From the NCBI GenBank assembly GCA_902797925.1, contig CADBUT010000016.1, positions 1 to 31,378 on the forward strand: DNA of 31,378 nucleotides. The letters are read 5' to 3'. Positions within the stretch are counted from its first letter, which is position 1. Each line of letters starts with the position of its first letter. Shown here in pieces: positions 24,727-31,378 of the stretch. The translations under genes and the position numbers were made by a program. The notes under the pieces were generated by a model that saw only the letters and a list, made by a program, of their open reading frames with translations, searched no databases and was not told the origin of the DNA. Source of the DNA: an uncultured Spirochaetaceae bacterium (GTDB taxonomy: Bacteria; Spirochaetota; Spirochaetia; Treponematales; Treponemataceae).

Positions 24727-25416
24727 ATGCAATATCTTTTTCTGGTTGTATTTGTAATATTAAGCGTTATTCATTTGGCCAACTGCTACCAAGGTAAAGA
24801 TTCTCTTAGAACGCATACAAAAGGCTTTTTGCTGCCGTTTCTTATAATCTATTATTTGCTTTTGTGTTCCGTACATTCAATAAATTTTAGCAGCATACTC
24901 CTGCTGGCACTTTTAACAAGCTGGATCGGCGATGTGATGTTGCTGCGCTCAAAATTCCGCTATTTCTTGATTGGCGGTTTCAGCTTTTTGACGGCGCATT
25001 TTTGCTTTATTCCGCTTTACTGCACATATATTGACTGGGCTTTGGTGCAGCCTGTTGTGCTGATTGTTGCCGCTCTTGTTTATGCTTCATGCTCTTATGC
25101 AGTTTTTCATGTGCTGAACAAAGCGCTGCCGCAGCCGTTTTTTTACGGCGTGCTCGTCTATCTGCTTGTAAACGGCGCGATGAACGTTTTTGCGCTTGCT
25201 TTCGGTTTTTCGGTGCGCAGTCTAGGCGGCATTATTGTAGTAGCCGGTTCAATGCTGTTTTTCTGTTCTGATGTGGTGCTGTTTTTAGTGCGCTTTCACC
25301 AGAAGGGCAAGCTCTTAAAAGGCCATTTCATCATCATGTTGACTTATGTTCTTGCTGAGTTTTTGATTACGCAAGGCTATTTTATCTGCCAGCAGCTGTC
25401 AAAAACTGGTGCATAA
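24727..25416 (+). CDS. YhhN/TMEM86-family membrane protein (putative lysoplasmalogenase)
   Basis: KGFLLP, WIGDVML, SFLTAH, GSMLFFCSD, IMLTYVLAE, with multiple TM helices. Confidence 0.82.
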   Translation: MQYLFLVVFVILSVIHLANCYQGKDSLRTHTKGFLLPFLIIYYLLLCSVHSINFSSILLLALLTSWIGDVMLLRSKFRYFLIGGFSFLTAHFCFIPLYCTYIDWALVQPVVLIVAALVYASCSYAVFHVLNKALPQPFFYGVLVYLLVNGAMNVFALAFGFSVRSLGGIIVVAGSMLFFCSDVVLFLVRFHQKGKLLKGHFIIMLTYVLAEFLITQGYFICQQLSKTGA

Positions 25417-25426
25417 CGGTTTCCTG

Positions 25427-26362
25427 ATGATTATCAACACGGGCTTAAGAACAGACATTCCGGCTTTTTTTGCGGATTGGTTTATTAACAGAATAAAAGC
25501 CGGCTATGTTCTTGTCAGAAATCCCTACAATCACCAGCAGGTCACCAAATATTTGCTGAACCCTTCTGTGGTTGACTTGCTTGTGTTCTGCACAAAAAAT
25601 CCGCAGCCGCTGCTTAATCAGCTGAAAGACGGCGATGTTCTTGCGCCTTTCAAGCAGTTCTGGTTTGTAACGATAACGCCTTATGGAAGTGAAATAGAAC
25701 CGAACGTGCCGGATAAGTACCAAGTAATCGAAAGCTTCAAGCAGCTTTCAGATAAGCTTGAAACAAGCAGCGTCTGCTGGCGCTATGACCCGGTTTTTCT
25801 AAGCAGAAAATACGATATTGATTTTCACATAGAAGCATTCAGCCGTATGGCAGAACAGCTCGCCGGTTATACTGATACATGCGTAATCAGCTTCATCGAT
25901 TTGTACAAAAAAGTTCAGAAGAATTTCAGCGGCATTTCAGAAGTTCCGTTTGAAGCGCAAAAAATTATCTGCAACGAATTTATAAAAATCGGCAGACAGC
26001 ATAATATCGCCATAAAGACTTGCGGAGAATCGCCTTTGCTTGCTGAAACCGGCGTGGATATTTCAGGCTGTATGACTAAAGCTGTCTTTGAAAAGGCCGT
26101 CGGATGCAGGCTGGATATTCCCAAAATGCGGCAGAACCGGAAAGAATGTGCCTGCATTTTAACAGCTGATATCGGGGAATATAATACGTGCAGTCACTTT
26201 TGCAGGTATTGCTATGCTAATTATGACCGGCAGATTGTTATCCGCAACAATAAGTTTCATGATAAAAATTCAGCATTTTTGATAGGAACATCAGAACCTA
26301 ATGATATAATTACACATGCAAATCAAAAAAGCTGGAAAGTTTTGCAAAAAGAATTGTGGTAA
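25427..26362 (+). CDS. DUF1848 domain protein (C-terminal CxxxCxxC Fe-S motif)
   Basis: ATG 25427 gives MIINTGLRTDIPAFFADWF. Also VFCTKNP, WRYDP, ISFID and DIGEYNTCSHFCRYCYAN. Confidence 0.9.
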   Translation: MIINTGLRTDIPAFFADWFINRIKAGYVLVRNPYNHQQVTKYLLNPSVVDLLVFCTKNPQPLLNQLKDGDVLAPFKQFWFVTITPYGSEIEPNVPDKYQVIESFKQLSDKLETSSVCWRYDPVFLSRKYDIDFHIEAFSRMAEQLAGYTDTCVISFIDLYKKVQKNFSGISEVPFEAQKIICNEFIKIGRQHNIAIKTCGESPLLAETGVDISGCMTKAVFEKAVGCRLDIPKMRQNRKECACILTADIGEYNTCSHFCRYCYANYDRQIVIRNNKFHDKNSAFLIGTSEPNDIITHANQKSWKVLQKELW

Positions 26363-26462
26363 AGCTTTGCAGAACACATAAAATAAGGGTTTTTCCCGTA
26401 GCTTCAATAAATTCAGTTTTTTATGTTGATTTTCTAGAAACGGCATGTTACTTTTTAGTGAG

Positions 26463-26476
26463 GTTAATCGATAAAC
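26463..26476 (+). promoter_or_regulatory. Candidate LacI-family operator overlapping the lacI-type gene RBS
   Basis: GTTAAT-CG-ATAAAC is palindromic at 12 of 14 positions with a central CG, and ends 1 nt before the ATG. Confidence 0.45.
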
Positions 26477-26477
26477 T

Positions 26478-27485
26478 ATGATTACTTTAAAGGAACTTGC
26501 TGACAGATGCGGTGTTTCTACTGCAACGGTTTCAAATGCAATAAACGGCAAGTCTAATATTTCAGAAACTACAAAACAGCGCATACTTCAGATGATAAAA
26601 GAAACTGGCTATAAACCGAATTTTATGGCGCGGACACTAAGAGTGAATTCCAAGCGCACTATCGGATTAGTCATTGAAGAGCTTGCTGCTTTCAGTTCTG
26701 CCCCGATAATTGAAGGCATAATGCGTTATTTTGAAAAGCAGAAATACGAGACGATTCTTTACAACATGCGTGTTTATTCAAACCCAAATTGGATGAATGA
26801 CGAGGATTTTGTACAGACCTGCGTAAATAATGCTGTCGAGGAACTGCTTTCAAAACAGGTAAACGGAATAATTCATGTTGCAGAACATTCGCGTAAACTG
26901 AAATATTACAATGAGAATTTGCCTGTTCCTGTTGTTATAAGCTACGCATATCCTGACGAGCGGAAGCTTCCCTATGTTTCAATTGACGATAATTCGAGTA
27001 CGGCAAAAATGGCTGAATATATTCTGTCGAAAGGTCACAAAAAAATTGCAATGATTTGCGGCTCAAAAGACAATCTTCATGCAGAGAAGCGCTGCAATAG
27101 TTTTAAGCGGGTCTTAAAAGAGCATGGTGTTCCGCTTGACGAAAATTTGTGCGTTTATGCCAACTGGACAAGAGAAACCGGCAAAGCCGCTGCAGCAAAA
27201 GTGCTTAAAAAAGGCGTGAGCGCTGTATTTTGCCACAACGACTTTATTGCAGCCGGTGTCTACGATTATCTTTACGAAAAGAATTTGCAGCCCGGAAAAG
27301 ATTTGCTTGTAACAGGTTTTGACAACCATATTATTTCGTCTTTTCTTCACCCTGAAATTACCACGATGAAGCTGCCTCTGCTTGAAATCGGGGAAAAATC
27401 AGCGGAGCTTATGGATAATCTGCTTGAAAATGACTCGACCTGCACAGAAGGCTTTGAAATTCCCTGCGAGCTTATTTTGCGGTGA
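26478..27485 (+). CDS. LacI-family transcriptional regulator
   Basis: HTH ITLKELADRCGVSTATVSNAIN, YKPNFMARTL, sugar-binding-fold C-terminus (VFCHNDFIAAG, VTGFD, ITT). Confidence 0.95.
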   Translation: MITLKELADRCGVSTATVSNAINGKSNISETTKQRILQMIKETGYKPNFMARTLRVNSKRTIGLVIEELAAFSSAPIIEGIMRYFEKQKYETILYNMRVYSNPNWMNDEDFVQTCVNNAVEELLSKQVNGIIHVAEHSRKLKYYNENLPVPVVISYAYPDERKLPYVSIDDNSSTAKMAEYILSKGHKKIAMICGSKDNLHAEKRCNSFKRVLKEHGVPLDENLCVYANWTRETGKAAAAKVLKKGVSAVFCHNDFIAAGVYDYLYEKNLQPGKDLLVTGFDNHIISSFLHPEITTMKLPLLEIGEKSAELMDNLLENDSTCTEGFEIPCELILR

Positions 27486-27514
27486 ATCTTATTGCTGGAC
27501 TACATGTGTTAAAG

Positions 27515-30364
27515 CTATTTCCTATAAGTCTCTTTCGGGCCGAGGTAAGACTGCGGCAGTTTGTACTCATTCGGATAAATCACAATCTTTTCGAGCACCA
27601 GATTCGGCGTAACGGCGTACACTTTAAGCGTGTTTGTGCCTTTGATGCAGTCAAACCATGCTGATTTTACGCGGATGTTGTTCGTCACGTCTTCGCCCCA
27701 CGGCTGCTGATGGTCGCCGACGGCAAAATCTGGCTCAACAACGTCTACAAGCACCTTTTTGCCGTTTACGCCTGCACCGAACTTGAAGTAATTGTCTTTT
27801 GTAGCCGGGTTCGACGGGTTGATGTAAAAATCAAAGCGGTAAATGCCTTCGGTTTCAAGTGCAAATTTATAGGTGAGGCTCGGCGACCTCTTGAGACTTT
27901 CTGAAAAGTACGAAGTCACAGGATAGACTTTCATGCCGTCTTTCATTTTGCCGTAGTCTTCAAGCAGCTCAAAGCCGGCAACTTCGCCGTCTTTGCTGAT
28001 ACCGTCGTGCGCTTCAAAGAAGCTTGAGCTTTCAATTGAGATATAATCTGTTGTCTGAATGAATGTGCCTTCTTCGGCGTCTGCGTTCAGAAGCTCTGCG
28101 TTTACGTTTATGCAAATCTCAACTTTGCCCGCGCTGTTGTCTGCGCCGGTCAACTTGAGCACGGTGCGCTTAGTTTCGGCTTTTTCAAGAAGCGCGCGGT
28201 CAATCTCAACCGCGATTTTTTTCACTTCGTCAGATTTTACCGTACCTTCCGGCTCATCAATTTTGAGCCACTCGGCATAGTCAAAGAATTTGTATGCGGT
28301 GTCTTCTTTTGAGCCGCACGCAATGTTGATAAACGCTTTTTGGCTGTTCGGATTCTTAAAAACATCTATTTTCAGTGTTTTTTTGCTCCACGGCAGGCCG
28401 CTTGTTACAGTGCCGTCGCTGTCAACCCAGACGATGAGCCGCTTCTTTCTTGCGCCGTCTGTTGTAACATAAAGCGGGTAGCGGTTCTCTTCTTCGTTCC
28501 AGCCTGAAAAGCCGAAATGCTCGCTCCAGCCCATCGCGTGCCATTTGCCGCCGTTGAAGCTGTCAATTTCTGCCACAAGCTTTTTGTCTTCTTCAAGGCA
28601 CTGCCTGATTGGCTCAACGTAGTTGTTTGCGGCCATTGCGCCATGTTCCGCAAGCCACTGATTTTTTCCGCAAAGCAACTGCATCTTAAGCACATTCATG
28701 TTGCCCAAAGCCGGAACGTAAACTTGCGCAAAAAAGCAGTTCTGTGCGCTTGCTGGCAGCTCTGTCTTAAGTGCTTTGCACTTTTCGATGATTGATTCGG
28801 CGGCATCAAGCGTTTCGTCGCTTTCGTCGAAGTTTACGGCGTGATAAGTGCTGCTTTTCAGGCTTTCGGTTCTGCGCCTGTGCGCAAGCTTGGTGTAGCC
28901 GTTGATTATGCGGCAGATGTCAGCTTTTTGTTCAGTTGAAGCTGACGGAAAGTTGAAATCAACCCATTCGGCGGTGTATTTTTCAGCCGTGTATTCAAGC
29001 TTAGAATATTTCTTGTAATCATACGCAAGGTCAAGAAAAAAGTTGAGCGGAAACTCATTCGTCATAATGTCGCCCATGTTGACAATCCAAAGTTCCCTTA
29101 TGCCGAAATCATAGGCGGTGGTCATCTGTTCCTTGACTTTTGCAAGGTGTGTCGTGTTGAACCATTCATAGCTGAACGGCCAGCCGTGATAGTCAAAATG
29201 ATAATACATGCCGTAGCCGCCCTTATGCTTGCGCATTTTCTTTGTCGGAAGGGTGCGCAAGTTTCCGTGATTGTCGTCGCAGAGCATCAGCGTAACGCCT
29301 TCAAGCTCTTCGCTGTTGATAAGGCCTTTTGTCTTTTTGTCGCCGTAAAAATAAGGCTCAACTTCTTTATAAAGCGCGAGCATACGCGGCACTTTTGAAA
29401 CATCCTCGTTGACGTATTGCTTTATAAGATTGTTCTGCGTTTTGAGCACGTCGCGCAAAAGGTCGATGTTGTCTTTGAGAGTGGCGTTCTGCATAATCGC
29501 GGTGTCAGCTTCGCCGCGCATACCGACCGTAATTACGTTCTCGAATTTGCCGTTGCGTTTAAGGCCGTCTTCCCAGAATTTTGTAATGCCTTCCGGGTTG
29601 GTTCTGAAATTCCAAGCGTCGCCATAAACTGAATCTTTGCCGCGAAGATAACGGTATTCTTCGCCAGCGCGGCAGCACGGTTCGTGGTGGCTTGCGCCCA
29701 TAATCACGCCAAGCTCGTCTGCAAGCTCGGCGTTTGCAATGCCCGGCCCGTCATCGCTGAAGCGCGAAGCCCACATTGCCGGCCACAGGTAGTTGCCTTT
29801 CATGCGCAGCAGTAGCTCGAACACATGCTCGTACATCTTGGCGTTTACGCCGCCAAAGCGCGTTGTTGCCCAGTTGCCGAAAGCCGGCCATTCATCGTTT
29901 ATAAAGAAGCCTCTGAATCTTACGCTTGGTTCGGGCGAAATCAAATTGTCTTTTTCGGTCAGTTCAACTTCGTCTTTGTGTTCCGGCATTACGTCTGCCC
30001 AGTCTACAAGAGGCGAAACGCCGAGCAGCTCTGAAATGTGGAAAAGGCCGTAGATTGTGCCGCGCTTGTCGCTTCCGGCAATTATGAGCATGTTGCCGTC
30101 AACGGTGAAAGAGTAGACTTCGTTCTTGGCTTTTACCGAATCAAGAAGGATTTTCCCGTCAGCTGCAAGCTTGTCAAGCATCGGGCTTTTGCCGACTGTG
30201 CCGAAAACAACGACATCGCCTTTGGCTTCGCTTATGTCCTTTATTTTAGCAGGAGCTTTTCCTGTAACGCGCTCAATATCAAGGCACACTTTGTCTGCAA
30301 TTTTTAAGACGCCAGAAAATGCTGAATCTTCTATTAAAAAACTTACGTTTGAATTGATTTTCAT
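27515..30364 (-). CDS. Glycoside hydrolase family 115 (putative xylan alpha-1,2-glucuronidase)
   Basis: IAGSDKRGTIYG, RFRGFFINDEWP, LLRMKGNYLWPAMW, MGASHHEP, TVGMRGEAD, LCDDNHGN, GMYYHFDY, WIVNMGD. GGGGGA RBS on the minus strand. Confidence 0.92.
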   Translation of the reverse strand: MKINSNVSFLIEDSAFSGVLKIADKVCLDIERVTGKAPAKIKDISEAKGDVVVFGTVGKSPMLDKLAADGKILLDSVKAKNEVYSFTVDGNMLIIAGSDKRGTIYGLFHISELLGVSPLVDWADVMPEHKDEVELTEKDNLISPEPSVRFRGFFINDEWPAFGNWATTRFGGVNAKMYEHVFELLLRMKGNYLWPAMWASRFSDDGPGIANAELADELGVIMGASHHEPCCRAGEEYRYLRGKDSVYGDAWNFRTNPEGITKFWEDGLKRNGKFENVITVGMRGEADTAIMQNATLKDNIDLLRDVLKTQNNLIKQYVNEDVSKVPRMLALYKEVEPYFYGDKKTKGLINSEELEGVTLMLCDDNHGNLRTLPTKKMRKHKGGYGMYYHFDYHGWPFSYEWFNTTHLAKVKEQMTTAYDFGIRELWIVNMGDIMTNEFPLNFFLDLAYDYKKYSKLEYTAEKYTAEWVDFNFPSASTEQKADICRIINGYTKLAHRRRTESLKSSTYHAVNFDESDETLDAAESIIEKCKALKTELPASAQNCFFAQVYVPALGNMNVLKMQLLCGKNQWLAEHGAMAANNYVEPIRQCLEEDKKLVAEIDSFNGGKWHAMGWSEHFGFSGWNEEENRYPLYVTTDGARKKRLIVWVDSDGTVTSGLPWSKKTLKIDVFKNPNSQKAFINIACGSKEDTAYKFFDYAEWLKIDEPEGTVKSDEVKKIAVEIDRALLEKAETKRTVLKLTGADNSAGKVEICINVNAELLNADAEEGTFIQTTDYISIESSSFFEAHDGISKDGEVAGFELLEDYGKMKDGMKVYPVTSYFSESLKRSPSLTYKFALETEGIYRFDFYINPSNPATKDNYFKFGAGVNGKKVLVDVVEPDFAVGDHQQPWGEDVTNNIRVKSAWFDCIKGTNTLKVYAVTPNLVLEKIVIYPNEYKLPQSYLGPKETYRK

Positions 30365-30510
30365 TTAATCCCCCGATTTGCAAGGCTTCAACTTGCATAC
30401 AAGTGAGTGTGCCACAATTCAGCTGATTTGTAAACTCTTATTCAATCTGACAGATTGTGCTTGTGGAAAATTCTTAAGCTGTGTGATAGAATAAAGACAG
30501 GAGGAATGAA

Positions 30511-30729
30511 ATGGTAGCAGTGAAAGCATATTACGATGGTCAAAATTATATCATGGAAAGAAATGTTACAGTTAAAACTAACCAAAAAGTCATAATAACA
30601 TTGCTAGACGAATTTGAGACTCCGAAACGAAATCTAAAAAAATATGTTGGCAAGGTAAGCAAAACTGATTCTGATTTGATAGAGCAAGCTGTAGCAGAAG
30701 GCCGCAAGGTGGATGGCGGTGAATGGTAA
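30511..30729 (+). CDS. Antitoxin (VapB-like; DUF104/AF2212-like N-terminus)
   Basis: 72-aa ORF after GGAGG, directly upstream of and overlapping a PIN toxin gene. VKAYYDG...NQKVIITL resembles the DUF104 antitoxin N-terminus. Confidence 0.65.
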   Translation: MVAVKAYYDGQNYIMERNVTVKTNQKVIITLLDEFETPKRNLKKYVGKVSKTDSDLIEQAVAEGRKVDGGEW

Positions 30730-31102
30730 ACTTCTCGATACAAATGTGATAATCCGATATATAAAAGATGAAAGCGGACTTGATGATATTTTTGAAGAAG
30801 AGCATCTTTATTTTTCGTCTATCACACTCGGAGAACTCCTTTTTGGTGCAGAATGTTCACTGCGAAAAGAAGAGAATGCAAGTGTATATAAAGAGTTTTG
30901 TAGTGAACTTGAAGAAATAAAAGCTGACTCAGTTGTTTCTCCTTATTATGCCAAAATAAAAGCACAGTTAAAAACAGACGGGCATCCTATTCCTGATAAT
31001 GATATATGGATAGCAGCTTGTGCTATGGCAAATAATCTTACAGTTGTAACAGCTGACAGTCATTTTTCCTTTATCAAAGAAATCTCTATAGAAAATCGAT
31101 AA
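30713..31102 (+). CDS. vapC: PIN-domain VapC-family toxin
   Basis: LLDTNV, TLGELLFG, IPDNDIWIAA and VVTAD carry the conserved PIN acidic residues. An alternative GTG start at 30719 is possible. Confidence 0.92.
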   Translation: MAVNGKLLDTNVIIRYIKDESGLDDIFEEEHLYFSSITLGELLFGAECSLRKEENASVYKEFCSELEEIKADSVVSPYYAKIKAQLKTDGHPIPDNDIWIAACAMANNLTVVTADSHFSFIKEISIENR

Positions 31103-31256
31103 AAAAATTTCGCAGGACATAGAATTCGCCTACAATCTTTTCTTGGTTTAATGCCCAAAAACTGCAAACCACGCGCACTTGCCAGATTTAATATTCAAGC
31201 TTATACTTTCAGAAAAATGATTGAAGATGCCTGTAATGGCGCATGTGGGAGAATAA

Positions 31257-31378
31257 ATGAAAAAGCTTTTTGGTTTTGTTTCAGCTTGCTTGCTTTGCTT
31301 TTCAGTCTTGACGGCTGAAAGTTCAGATGAAGTAGAAAAGATTTTTGCGAATAAAGATTATGCAAATAATAAAAAATA
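31257..31378 (+). CDS. Partial CDS cut by the window end; exported protein with a signal peptide
   Basis: GGGAGA RBS, then ATG 31257. Reads MKKLFGFVSACLLCFSVLTAESSDEVEKIFANKDYANNKK and stays open to the edge. Confidence 0.6.
   Translation, partial: MKKLFGFVSACLLCFSVLTAESSDEVEKIFANKDYANNKK

Noticed and set aside
27382-30368. Numerous + strand ORFs opposite GH115
   Set aside because: Expected shadows of a GC-richer antisense gene, with no motifs or RBSs.
30365-31256. Prophage, IS or integron boundary around vapBC
   Set aside because: No transposase, integrase, att-like direct repeats or terminal inverted repeats with target duplication were detected.

Overview
A 31.4 kb AT-rich bacterial chromosomal window. 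It is most likely from a Treponema-like spirochaete of the gut or rumen type; this is inferred from the spirochaete-style lipoprotein signal peptides, the overall gene set and a plant-xylan enzyme, and is not proven. It holds 27 complete CDS plus one cut by the right edge. Housekeeping genes and paralogs: hisS, an EF-G paralog of the EF-G2/EFG-II type, deoD, thrH and a short 4-domain S1 protein. Envelope proteins: a lamin-tail-domain lipoprotein, a LysM lipoprotein with three 66-aa repeats, a membrane-anchored parvulin-like chaperone, a Maf/DUF115 protein and a candidate outer-membrane beta-barrel. Also present are a degenerate HD-GYP protein, a YhhN-family protein, DUF1848, a LacI regulator, a GH115 alpha-glucuronidase and a VapBC-type toxin-antitoxin pair. 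I found no rRNA, tRNA, CRISPR array, IS element or integrase. The best leads are (i) an unannotated ~60-nt hairpin RNA candidate at 9918-9977 with its own promoter and an anti-Shine-Dalgarno-like loop, (ii) the repeat-containing LysM lipoprotein, (iii) the degenerate HD-GYP protein and (iv) an AT-rich islet with a secreted protein plus beta-barrel pair. Nothing here proves a complete new multi-gene system. All family assignments come from motif recognition without database searches.
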